IMG/VR virus record: IMGVR_UViG_3300020365_000001
Origin: a virus
Lineage: Duplodnaviria > Caudoviricetes
Strand: one strand, 5' to 3'
Length of the DNA: 64,000 nt
In this document: positions 1 to 10,000 of the stretch, one piece after another
Layout of the letters: each line of letters starts with the position of its first letter
Numbering within the stretch: the stretch's first letter is position 1
The notes under the pieces: model-generated
The model's input: only the letters and a program-made list of their open reading frames with translations
Database searches by the model: none
Told to the model about the DNA's origin: nothing
Translations under genes and position numbers: made by a program

Positions 1-99
1 AGATTCGCAGTATTGCCTAACAATCGTGGCATCAATAGCATTGCCATAAGTGTCACGCAGTTGCTGAATGTGGTGGTCACCGTTGATAGTCCGTGGCAT
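1..99 (-). CDS. CobS-like/MoxR-type AAA+ ATPase, N-terminal 33 codons (gene runs off the window)
   Basis: Hand translation MPRTINGDHHIQQLRDTYGNAIDATIVRQYCES; follows a promoter motif; position directly downstream of the peptidase-VWA gene matches cyanophage cobS. The ATPase motifs lie outside the window. Confidence 0.6.
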   Translation of the reverse strand, partial: MPRTINGDHHIQQLRDTYGNAIDATIVRQYCES

Positions 100-170
100 T
101 GCTTTGTTTGAACTGAAGTTAGTATAAGGGATGAATGGGTGGGGTGAGGTGGCGATTGTGCCACCTCTAT
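100..170 (-). promoter_or_regulatory. Putative phage early promoter: TATACT -10 box, conserved leader, upstream inverted repeat
   Basis: Minus strand TATACTAACTTCAGTTCAAAC (126-106), 19/21 identical to 2315-2295; inverted repeat GAGGTGGC/GCCACCTC at 146-167. Confidence 0.7.
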
Positions 171-176
171 AAGTGG

Positions 177-2288
177 TCAGGCGACCATTTCTACAAACTG
201 TTTGGTGATATACTTGTTACTTTTCTTGTTTTTGAACATTTTACGAAATGCTTTACTAACATCTTTCTTCTCACTGCTAGTAACATCTAGTGTGTCATCT
301 TCGCACAAGTTCCTGTTAGGAATACCAAACCACTTGTCGAAACCATTAGATGTGAAAGATACACTGCCATGCTTCTTCAATTCAGAACGCATTTGATCGT
401 AGTTCTCATAACTATCTGTTGCATACCAACGATAGAAGTTACTCATCTCAGATCCGTGCAAGATTCTGAATGAAACTATGTTGCAGTTGTTGTTATCACG
501 CTTTATTGCGCGAACGAGCGCGTCGGTAACGGACGGACCCATGCCATCGATATTGAAAGTCTTGCTTTTGTGGCGAATAACAGTATTATGGCGCACGGGA
601 ATGTGACACTTACGCTCGCGATCATCGTATCCCATACGAATCACATTGTATCCCAATTCATTACCCTCACCATCAGTCAGGTACACAACATTACATTTCT
701 GAGTCTTAGTCTGCTGTTGGAACTTCTTCACAATTTGATTCATACACACCAGGGACTCATTGATAGGTGTGCCAGACAATTCCATGCCCAAAGGTGACAA
801 CATGTTCCTCAAAGTATGCACAACCTTCCATACATTCAGCAGTTGATCTTCAAAGTCTTTTGTCTTCATATTGCTGCTGATAAGATTCATCAACCGGAAG
901 GTATCTTGAATCTTGATGTCATGCAACTTCCATTCTTTTACTGGTTTGCGTGACTCATAATCTTCCTGCATCTTCCATGCTTCATTAGTGAAAGCATAAA
1001 CTTCAAAGGGAATGTTTACCTTACGGCAGAACCACACCAGTTGAAACAGTTGTTTGATAGTAGGCAACATTTCATCTGCCATAGATCCACTCCAGTCAAG
1101 TACAAACAACAGGGAGTGATTCTTACCATCAGTAGTTGTTGCTACTTTACGGAACACATCTTCATTGTATTTGTATGAATGAAGTTTACCAGTGTCAAGT
1201 ACACCAGTGCGAGAGACTGTGGTCCTTGCATATGCATCAGCAGACTTACGCATTTCAAACTCTTTTACCAACAAATTCACATCACGTTGTGCACTTGTCT
1301 TGAATTGTTTGAACTCAGTGCGCTTCTGCTCATTCCACTGTTGGATAACATCCTCGCGATCACTATACTTTTGTCCGAGAACTCTACCAAAATGGTCCTC
1401 TACATGCGCCTTGATCTTATCAACAGGAACGATAACATTCTCAAGCACAACATCAGGCATCGTCACATAAACAGGACGCTTGGCATGTTGATTGCGAAGA
1501 TCTTCTAGGTTCTTATCATATGCTTTCTGGGTTGCAGATTCATCATCATTCTCCTCAACGTTGCCATCATTACATGCTTCAGTATCATCGTCATCATATT
1601 CTTCAGACTCAACATCACTGAAGGCATCACTATCACCAGGTTCCTGCTCATCTTCAGGAGACTGATCCATAGTTGTTTCACCATCACCAGGTGCACTGTT
1701 CTGTGGTGGTTGTGGCATAGGTGTAGATTCTTGCTGCTGTTCCTTACTCAGCAGATAACATGCTAGGGAGAGATCAAGAACTTCTTCAAATGTTTCAGCG
1801 TTGCTGATACTGGTGACCAGTTCATTCTCACGATCATTGAAATCAATGTCATAGAATGTACCGACCTTGAAGTATAGATTCACACGGTCGATGAATGACA
1901 GTTGATTCACATCTTTCTGTGAAATCTCGAAGAAGTCCTTATCATTCAGATAACGGTATCCTTTGAAGAAATCCCTGTTCATGCCAGGATACCGCTTCTT
2001 CATCAACTTCTCGATGCGAGCATCTTCTACCACGTTGACATAATCACCAGGAACTTTCCTGTATTTGTCTTCACGTTTCCAGTCACGCAATTCTGTAAAC
2101 AATGCATGTCCTACCTCATGAGCAACCAGCATGTCATAAACATATGCTGGAACATTGTCCCAAATAGGTAGAGTCAAGACGCGACCATCAATGTCAAAAG
2201 ATGCTGTTGACACCTGGCGGTGTTCTACGATAAGATTCTCAGTTGCCAGGAGTCTGGCAAGCATCCCTTGAATTTCAGTGGTCGCCAT
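177..2288 (-). CDS. Zincin metallopeptidase-like + VWA (CobT-like) protein
   Basis: HEVGH zincin motif with downstream NVVEDARIE; acidic linker; MIDAS DWSGS and LTDGE motifs. Confidence 0.85.
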   Translation of the reverse strand: MATTEIQGMLARLLATENLIVEHRQVSTASFDIDGRVLTLPIWDNVPAYVYDMLVAHEVGHALFTELRDWKREDKYRKVPGDYVNVVEDARIEKLMKKRYPGMNRDFFKGYRYLNDKDFFEISQKDVNQLSFIDRVNLYFKVGTFYDIDFNDRENELVTSISNAETFEEVLDLSLACYLLSKEQQQESTPMPQPPQNSAPGDGETTMDQSPEDEQEPGDSDAFSDVESEEYDDDDTEACNDGNVEENDDESATQKAYDKNLEDLRNQHAKRPVYVTMPDVVLENVIVPVDKIKAHVEDHFGRVLGQKYSDREDVIQQWNEQKRTEFKQFKTSAQRDVNLLVKEFEMRKSADAYARTTVSRTGVLDTGKLHSYKYNEDVFRKVATTTDGKNHSLLFVLDWSGSMADEMLPTIKQLFQLVWFCRKVNIPFEVYAFTNEAWKMQEDYESRKPVKEWKLHDIKIQDTFRLMNLISSNMKTKDFEDQLLNVWKVVHTLRNMLSPLGMELSGTPINESLVCMNQIVKKFQQQTKTQKCNVVYLTDGEGNELGYNVIRMGYDDRERKCHIPVRHNTVIRHKSKTFNIDGMGPSVTDALVRAIKRDNNNCNIVSFRILHGSEMSNFYRWYATDSYENYDQMRSELKKHGSVSFTSNGFDKWFGIPNRNLCEDDTLDVTSSEKKDVSKAFRKMFKNKKSNKYITKQFVEMVA

Positions 2289-2370
2289 GTCTGTGTTTCA
2301 ACTGAAGTCAGTATAGTCCTCAGGGTGCCGGATGCTCTCCCGGCGATGACGCTTCTGAAACTGGTACACG
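2289..2370 (-). promoter_or_regulatory. Putative phage early promoter (second copy of the motif)
   Basis: Minus strand TATACTGACTTCAGTTGAAAC (2315-2295) just before the ATG at 2288; GCCGG/CCGGC inverted repeat upstream. Confidence 0.7.
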
Positions 2371-2694
2371 CTTGACGATCTGTTTAGAGATGTTGGTGTA
2401 GGGTGCTGGGGTGAGTTCGATTGATCCGGTTCTAATGGATTCTTTAGATTCTTTCTTGAGTGATGCTGCCAGTTTGGAACCATCATGCGGCAATACCTCC
2501 TGATCTACTCTCACACATATATTTACATCTCTCACAGGTGGCACTGTGCCAGTACCTCTACATACACACACTGTCATGCCATATGTTGAGAAGAATGTAA
2601 CAATGCCATAGTGTCCACCAACCTGCACTACATCACCAACACTCCATTCATTTTCTTCATAGATTTCTTTGATAGAGTTCCACTCAGGCATCAA
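2320..2694 (-). CDS. Hypothetical protein (SH3/KOW-like N-terminus)
   Basis: 124-aa ORF with ATGA overlap on the upstream gene; VGDVVQVGGHYGIV resembles small beta-barrel phage proteins. Confidence 0.55.
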   Translation of the reverse strand: MMPEWNSIKEIYEENEWSVGDVVQVGGHYGIVTFFSTYGMTVCVCRGTGTVPPVRDVNICVRVDQEVLPHDGSKLAASLKKESKESIRTGSIELTPAPYTNISKQIVKRVPVSEASSPGEHPAP

Positions 2695-3206
2695 TCTCTT
2701 CTCCGTATTTGATCAAGTTTCTGTGCATGAATTTCCTCTGGATAGGAATAGTATTTGAACTCAATCCAATTATCCCATGGATCTTTTATTGTGGTGCGAT
2801 GACACCTAACATTTTGCCCATGTAAATGTGCCTCACTTGGATCTATCTTTTTAGGTACCAAGAAGTTGTACTTACTATCAATTACATTGATCTCAGGATG
2901 ATCCTTGCAATGATTCACAACCTCAAAGTATTCTTTCTTATCCAAGAAGACAGGACCATTATGTCTTGGCAACCTTGAATGTTGCTGAGGTACAGATGTT
3001 TCTCCTTGCAGTACACTTATGTGGTGACCAGCAAATGAAAAGATGAACCCAGGATTGTGTGACCCATCTTCAACATTGATAGCAAATCTTTGACAGAATC
3101 TACAACCAAGCACATCACAATACCATCTGATTCCTTCCTCAATGTCAGGAATAGTGAACGCCATGTGCCATATCGTTTTGGTATGACTGTCAGCGAGGAT
3201 TGTCAT
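2691..3206 (-). CDS. VOC/glyoxalase-bleomycin resistance-dioxygenase family protein
   Basis: WHMAFTIPDIEEGIRWYCDVLGC, RHNG and IKDPWDNWIEFK motifs typical of the VOC fold. Confidence 0.75.
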   Translation of the reverse strand: MTILADSHTKTIWHMAFTIPDIEEGIRWYCDVLGCRFCQRFAINVEDGSHNPGFIFSFAGHHISVLQGETSVPQQHSRLPRHNGPVFLDKKEYFEVVNHCKDHPEINVIDSKYNFLVPKKIDPSEAHLHGQNVRCHRTTIKDPWDNWIEFKYYSYPEEIHAQKLDQIRRRD

Positions 3207-3240
3207 CGACTAACTACATCTGTCACTAATTTATTATATC

Positions 3241-3954
3241 ATGTATAAGGGAAAAAGCACGTTATGTGTCATTCCGGCACGGATGTCGTCAGGTAGATTC
3301 CCTGGCAAACCCATGGCGCTCATCAATGGCACCCAGATGGTCCTGAGAGTGGCAGAAATTGCATCTAGGTCAAAGTATGTTGACAACGTTGTAATCGCCA
3401 CTGAGGACGATTCTATCGTAGATCTGTGCTGGGAGGCAGGTTATGATGCTTTGCTGACAAGTAAGCACTATACATGCACACATCGTGTTGCTGAGGTAGC
3501 AGCACATCAACCATACGATTACATCTTCAATCTACAGGGTGATGAACCACTCACTAAACCTGAGTGGATAGACGAAATGATTGCCTATGGTATTGATAAC
3601 GATGTTGATGTATTGCAGAGTTCACGAAGATTAGAGGATGGAGAGATCGAAGACGAAGATGTTGTCAAAATGATAGAGAATAACGGTAAGGTTATTCATA
3701 TGCAACGCTCACCTGATGTGGTGTGTGATAATATCACGGTGCAATTAGGATTATATTTTTATAGACGAAGTGTTATTGTTGATTTCCCTAATTGTGACAT
3801 GACCTTTGTCAAGTATTGGAAGGGTCTTGATACTATTGGATTTATTGGTAAATATGATGTAATACCATACGATCTAAAGTGTGGTAAAATCAGAGCAGTT
3901 GACCGTGCCTGGCACATCCAAGAGGTAGAATGGTTGTTGAACCTGAAGAACTAA
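3241..3954 (+). CDS. kdsB: CMP-Kdo synthetase-like cytidylyltransferase
   Basis: VIPARMSSGRFPGKPM, IATEDD, THRVAE and NLQGDEP motifs. Confidence 0.8.
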   Translation: MYKGKSTLCVIPARMSSGRFPGKPMALINGTQMVLRVAEIASRSKYVDNVVIATEDDSIVDLCWEAGYDALLTSKHYTCTHRVAEVAAHQPYDYIFNLQGDEPLTKPEWIDEMIAYGIDNDVDVLQSSRRLEDGEIEDEDVVKMIENNGKVIHMQRSPDVVCDNITVQLGLYFYRRSVIVDFPNCDMTFVKYWKGLDTIGFIGKYDVIPYDLKCGKIRAVDRAWHIQEVEWLLNLKN

Positions 3955-4793
3955 GAGTTGCAGCAGATATGCTCAGCAGTGCTACCAACGTGGCATTGCT
4001 GGGCACTGGTGGTAATCTTGCCATTGCACAACACATGGCAAGTGACATTTACCGTCACATGAATAAGTTCTGCTTTGCACCAGACAGTGTGAATCAGACT
4101 GCACTGGGTGGTGATTATGATTGGAAGATTCCCTGGTTAGATTATGCTGCTAAGTCAGCAGATCTCATCATTCTTATCACTTGCAGGATACAATCACCTG
4201 CTGTATATGCTGTTGAAGCACTAGAAAAAGAATGGCGTAGATCACCACCATTCAGAACTCATGTGCTTATTATTGCACCAGAGAAACACGAATATCTTCC
4301 TACATTGGTGGTTGAATCTAATTTCTATCACGAATTTGAAGTATTTGCAATGATGTCCATCTATAACATGATGGAAGAGTGTGGTGTTGAGTTACCAGCA
4401 CTACCACGTCATGCACCTACAAAAGATATTAGTTCACGATGTGATGTATATTGTGTTGATATTGATGGCACACTGACTGAACCACATGATGGTGATCCAT
4501 GGAACGCAGTACCACGAATGGATCGCATTGATAAGATCAATAAAATGTATGATAACGGTGCTACGATATATCTACAAACTGCACGTGGATTTATCGTTAG
4601 TGCACAGAGATACCCTGATGACCCACAAGCACAGCAACGTAATGCTGACTACCTTTGTCGCAGCAGGACTGAAGCACAGTTGAAAGAATGGGGAGTAAAG
4701 TATCACAAACTATTCTTTGGTAAACCACGAGCATCAGTTTATGTTGACGATCGTGGATCACATGATAGTGAGTTCTTTGCTTTACTAGAGTAA
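3930..4793 (+). CDS. SIS-domain (GmhA-like) sugar-phosphate isomerase fused to a HAD phosphatase
   Basis: GTGGNLAIAQHMASD resembles GmhA GNGGSAADAQH; C-terminal HAD motifs CVDIDGT, TARG, GKP and YVDDR. Confidence 0.7.
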   Translation: MVVEPEELRVAADMLSSATNVALLGTGGNLAIAQHMASDIYRHMNKFCFAPDSVNQTALGGDYDWKIPWLDYAAKSADLIILITCRIQSPAVYAVEALEKEWRRSPPFRTHVLIIAPEKHEYLPTLVVESNFYHEFEVFAMMSIYNMMEECGVELPALPRHAPTKDISSRCDVYCVDIDGTLTEPHDGDPWNAVPRMDRIDKINKMYDNGATIYLQTARGFIVSAQRYPDDPQAQQRNADYLCRSRTEAQLKEWGVKYHKLFFGKPRASVYVDDRGSHDSEFFALLE

Positions 4794-5762
4794 ACTAAAC
4801 TTCTTATAACCCTCTGATGTAGGTGTTGCCTCTAACATCTGATGATCAATCCACTCATATGCATCATAGTATTTCTTGATTGGTGTGAACATCTGCAAAT
4901 GATGTAAGTATCCCTTCTCCAACATATCCTTATGCAATTCATGTGGAGGTTTGAGTGCATCTAAACCTAAGAAGTTATTGACTAACCATGCTCTATCATG
5001 GATGTCAATATCATTCCATCGTTCTGTCCAGTGGAAGAATGTCTTTTGTTTATCTGTGAGGAAATCATATCCCCACTTGAGATGAAATAATACACGCTCA
5101 TAAGTGCGTTCCATCTCATTAGCATTCTTGGTTCTATAGTTTATAATCTTATCGTACAGATGAATCTCTTTACCTAAGAAAGCAGCGTAATATAAATCTG
5201 TTCCAGGCCATGGAATATAAATGTGCTCATGTTGATGTAACAATCGTGCCAGAGTATATTGTCTCATCTCTGGATCTGTTAGTGATACTAACCTTGATCC
5301 TTCCGGTATTCTGAGTTTAGTCCAGTCTTTCCATACATCACACGACCTGAAAGGTACAAGGAAAGTGATAGGTTTAGGTGCAGCATCAATAGCATCCTGC
5401 ACATTACTATATTCAGCGTCTCTAATTGTAACTTGATCATCGCGGGGTAGATAGAATAAAGAACCCTTAGGATCAAACTCCTCTGTAACAGCAATTACAC
5501 CAAGTTCCCACATAAATGGGCATGTTCCATAGTATGGTTTGACAGTAGCAAATTTGTTACGACGAATCTTATCATAATGAAATCTAGACCAGGAATACAT
5601 TAGATCACTGTCAAATGTATCCTTCTTAGTATATAATAAATCTGTTCTTCCTATTGCTTCTCGACACACACCCGGTTGAATTCCAAACATAAAAAAAGTA
5701 TCTGGGCGTTGACCCAGATACCGTGCCATACTATGATGCCACTTATCAGACTGTTGTGCCAT
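4785..5762 (-). CDS. Hypothetical protein (possibly GT-B-like or glycan-modifying)
   Basis: 325-aa ORF; GTDLYYAAFLGKEI resembles the C-terminal motif of GT-B/capsule-modifying proteins (weak). Confidence 0.6.
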   Translation of the reverse strand: MAQQSDKWHHSMARYLGQRPDTFFMFGIQPGVCREAIGRTDLLYTKKDTFDSDLMYSWSRFHYDKIRRNKFATVKPYYGTCPFMWELGVIAVTEEFDPKGSLFYLPRDDQVTIRDAEYSNVQDAIDAAPKPITFLVPFRSCDVWKDWTKLRIPEGSRLVSLTDPEMRQYTLARLLHQHEHIYIPWPGTDLYYAAFLGKEIHLYDKIINYRTKNANEMERTYERVLFHLKWGYDFLTDKQKTFFHWTERWNDIDIHDRAWLVNNFLGLDALKPPHELHKDMLEKGYLHHLQMFTPIKKYYDAYEWIDHQMLEATPTSEGYKKFSLL

Positions 5763-5767
5763 TTAGA

Positions 5768-6172
5768 CTATGCCATTCCACCACCGAACTGTCGGTCAAC
5801 ACCATCTGTAGTAGAACGATAATAACCAACGTGCTCAGTCTTTTCAATCAGGATAGAGTCAACTTCATCATCAGTCAACATACCTTTCTCAAGCAACAAC
5901 TGAACAAGACCTTCAGTTGATACTTCAATGGAGTCACTATAATATGGTGACCACAGTTCATGGTGAGCATATTCTTCAACTACACCAAATTCTCCGGCAA
6001 GTGCACGGTTATAAAGAAGACGTGAGTGCTCTACAACATCAGTAGGAGAGCAAGTATAGGGCAACCATTCTTCATCAAGAGGAGTAAAATCAACCTCAAG
6101 GTTGATCATATTCTTCTCAGGATTTGCCCACTTGGGATTGCGTGCTGCTGCGACTTCGTAATTAGTAGCCAT
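5768..6172 (-). CDS. Tail fibre assembly chaperone-like protein
   Basis: NPKWAN...INLEVDF...WLPYTCSPTD...ALAGEFG pattern of phage Tfa-like proteins; directly follows the fibre-tip gene. Confidence 0.65.
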   Translation of the reverse strand: MATNYEVAAARNPKWANPEKNMINLEVDFTPLDEEWLPYTCSPTDVVEHSRLLYNRALAGEFGVVEEYAHHELWSPYYSDSIEVSTEGLVQLLLEKGMLTDDEVDSILIEKTEHVGYYRSTTDGVDRQFGGGMA

Positions 6173-6197
6173 GTCTTTGTGTATCTCCTATGATTGA

Positions 6198-7007
6198 TCA
6201 GGAATAGCGCAACCATAGAGTTGCAGAGTATGCAACCGTAGTGTTTACGGTCACAGAGTTCACAGTAACGTTGACTGATGCTGTGCCGTTGATAGTCATA
6301 TTATCAGTCGGGATGTTACCAGCAACGCTCAGGTTATCAGTAGGAACGTTACCTGCAACGCCAGTGTTATCTCCACCCACGTTGACAGAACCACCAACAC
6401 TCAAGTTATCAGTAGGAACACCTCGGTTCACGTTATAGGATCCACCTTTACCACCTTGAATGTTACCAGAAACATTCACGTTGGTGTTACCCTGGATGTT
6501 ACCACCTGAAAGGTTACCACTCAAGTTACCCTGGATGTTACCGCCAGACAATGAAGTATTGCCTTGAACATTACCACCAGACAGTGACAGGTTACCACTT
6601 GGGTTTGCCTGGACGTTACCAGAACCACTACCGGAACCAGTACCACTACCAGAGTTGACTAGGGCAGCACCCGAGTCATAACCCATACACCGCCAAGAAC
6701 CAGACGGTGTTGTGTTAGATACTCGACCAGTGGCGTCGGAATAACGTAACGAGGAACCTGCCAGTGTATCACCAGGATCATATTGTGTATTACCTGACGA
6801 CTGCTGCATGAAGGCATATGTGCCAACATCACCAACAGAAGCGTTAGCGTTGATAGCAGCAGTCAGAGTAATTGATGCCGTGTTGATGGCACTAATCCTC
6901 TTATCAGAGTCAACCGTAATAACGGGGACAGCAGATGATCCACCGTATGTACCAGCAGATACGTCTGTTGTTTGGTTTACGTTTGACCCAGTACCGTATA
7001 GAGCCAT
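6198..7007 (-). CDS. Tail fibre tip/adhesin-like protein with Gly/Asn-rich insert
   Basis: VGTYAF...AGSSLRYS...SGSWRCMG...TLWLRYS fibre C-terminal motif; SGGNIQGN and PTDNLSV repeats. Confidence 0.65.
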   Translation of the reverse strand: MALYGTGSNVNQTTDVSAGTYGGSSAVPVITVDSDKRISAINTASITLTAAINANASVGDVGTYAFMQQSSGNTQYDPGDTLAGSSLRYSDATGRVSNTTPSGSWRCMGYDSGAALVNSGSGTGSGSGSGNVQANPSGNLSLSGGNVQGNTSLSGGNIQGNLSGNLSGGNIQGNTNVNVSGNIQGGKGGSYNVNRGVPTDNLSVGGSVNVGGDNTGVAGNVPTDNLSVAGNIPTDNMTINGTASVNVTVNSVTVNTTVAYSATLWLRYS

Positions 7008-7067
7008 TGATTTATCGGTCTCCTATCGTAAAGTTATTTAGGTGAACAGAGGAATGAGCAATAAGAA

Positions 7068-10000
7068 TTAGACTTCTTCCATCAGGAATCGGAATTTCTT
7101 GCCACTGCGACGGTTAGTAATATATAGATGCTCTTCACCTTCTTCAATCAAGTAAGAACCCCAAGTGCCATCAATGCTGTTAGGACCTTTTGCTTCGTTG
7201 CTCAGATCCAAGTCAGAACTGTAGACATTTGCCCAACGGGTGCTGGATGAACCCAGATCCCTAGTGCCATTTGCATTAGGAATAATGTTCCCGGACATTG
7301 TTAGTGTGCCGGAGAATGTGTCAGATGTATTAGACCTCAAGAAATTACCAGAAGTAATACCATCCAAAGTGTCAGCATCCAGACCTGAACCAGCACCATC
7401 AACTGTCTTGAGAAGTGTCAAGATTTCACTAGCAGTCTGATCAGCAGTAGCACCAGACTCAATACCATCTAGTTTAGAACCATCAGATGCAACATCACGA
7501 CCATCAACAGTTCCAGAGACCGCGATATTACCTGATACTGAAACACCACTGGTTGTGGTTTCAAATTTCTTGCTTCCATTTTCATACAATTCTACCGAAC
7601 CACCAGAAATAAACTTAGCAGAGTAAGAGAATGAATGGTTTGATATTGTTGTTGTGTTGTTATTGAGAATTTGAATATCATTACCATTAGAACTATCAAT
7701 CTCAACTTTTAGATTGCCAGTGTCATTATGAAGGATTGAATTTGATCCATCATGGTACACATGGAGATCGCCACCTGAACCAAACCTTGCCTTTACGTCG
7801 TCATTGAATGTGAGATTACCAGAGGTCTTTGTGTCTCCAGTATCACTACGCAAGAATGAACCGCTAGAAACGCCATCAAGCGTATCAGCATCCAGACCTG
7901 AACCAGAACCATCCACGGTCTTGATCAGTGTCAGGATCTCGGCAGCACTTTGATCGGCAGTAGCACCAGACTCAATACCATCTAGTTTAGCACCATCAAC
8001 CGAAACATCACGCCCATCGACAGTCTGAGAACCAGACATGACGATGTTACCAGTCATCGTACCACCAGCAAGAGGCAGTTTGGTAGCAATGCTGCTGGTG
8101 ATAGTGGTAGAGAAATCACTATCATCACCCAGTGCCGCTGCCAACTCATTCAGAGTGTCAAGTGCACCAGGAGCACCGTTGACAAGGTTATTGATAGAAG
8201 TATCAACGTATGCTTTGACCGACTGTTGAGTAGGAACCTTGGTGGAACTGTTACCAGACATATTGTCTTGATCGGTAACAAAACTCATCGAAGCAGTGCT
8301 AGTATCACTGTTCATCACAGCGCCAGCAGCATTCACATTGGTAGCATCGGTTACATCAGCACCAGATTCAATACTATCCAGTTTGGAACCGTCAGATGCA
8401 ACATCGCGACCATCAACTGTACCACTTACGGTGATATTGCCAGTAACATCAAATCCACTCCCAAGGAAGGAAGAAACTATGCTGTTATCAATAGTAACAT
8501 CAACAGTTGAACCACTGCTGCCAGCATCACTTGCGGTAACACTAGTATCACCATCCGCAATCGAAGTAGTATCAATAGAGGTGGTACTTGCACTAGTAAC
8601 AATACCACGGTTGTTTACCGTGATGATGGGAATAGCAGAACTAGAACCATAAGTACCAGCACTTACACCAGAGGTGGCAAGTTTGCTGTTAGCAATACTA
8701 CCTGCCAACTGAGCATTGGTAATCGTACCAGACAGTGAACTAGTAGGATAGTTAGTAGCATCCGACAGATCAAATGCTGGGGTAGCATCAGAAGCACCCA
8801 AAGCAAGACTTACACCACCATAAGATACGGTGCTGTTTGACAGCAAAGAGTTGCCAATACTACCAGCAAGTTTAGAGGCAGCAATACCTCCTGCCAACTG
8901 TGCGTTAGTAATAGTACCAACCAGACTGCTAGTGGGGTAATCAGTAGCATCCGAAAGATCAAATGCCGGAGTAGCGTTAGAACCACCCAAAGAAACAGAA
9001 ACACCGCCAAGGGAGATGCTGCTGTTAGACAGCAAAGAGTTACCAATACTACCAGCAAGTTTACTAGCAGCAATACTGCCTGCCAGTTGAGCATTAGTGA
9101 TGGTACCAACCAGACTGCTGGTGGGGTAGTTAGTGGCATCAGCAAGGTTGAATGCTGGGGTCAGATCAGATGCACCCAGTGCCAGTTCAACACCACCATA
9201 AGATACGCTATTGTTAGCAAGTTTGCTGTTGACAATACTACCTGCCAACATGGCATTGGTGATACCCAGTGATTTGACACTGAGTTCATCACTTGAAAGT
9301 TGGATAGAAGAATCATCAACGTTGATGGCAAGAGATACTGAACCACCCAAAGATGCAGTACCACCACCACTCAAACCATTACCAGCAGTAACACTAACGG
9401 TGCTGTTAGACAGTTTGCTGTTAGCAATACTACCTGCCAACTGGGCATTAGTAATAGTACCAACCAGACTGCTGGTGGGATAATCAGTAGCGTCTGACAG
9501 ATCAAACGCAGGAGTAGCGTTAGAACCACCCAAAGAAATAGAAACACCGCCAAGGGAGATGCTGCTGTTTGCAATGTAAGCATTAGCAATAGCAGTACCC
9601 TGCCACACACCAGAGGCGATCGTGCCAACAGATGTCAGGGAAGAGTTGACAACACCAGAACCAAGTGTGGTAGCACTCAGAACAGAAGCATCAGCAATCT
9701 GGAATGTCTTACCACTTACAAGATTGACGTTCTCGGAGAACTCCCACTGATCGTTATCGTTTTGCCACAGAATAGTGTGGTCAGAGTCTCCCTTCAGGAT
9801 AACACCACCACCATTGGCAGAAGTATCAGAAGGAGAAGAAGTAGCACCCAGTTCAAGGTGCTTGTCATCGACCGAAATTGTGGTCGAATTGATGGTAGTT
9901 GTGGTACCATTGACTACGAGGTTACCACTGACCGTCAGACCAGCACCAACCACAACACCACCACTCAGGGTGATGTCATCCATCGTAGCACGACCAGTTA

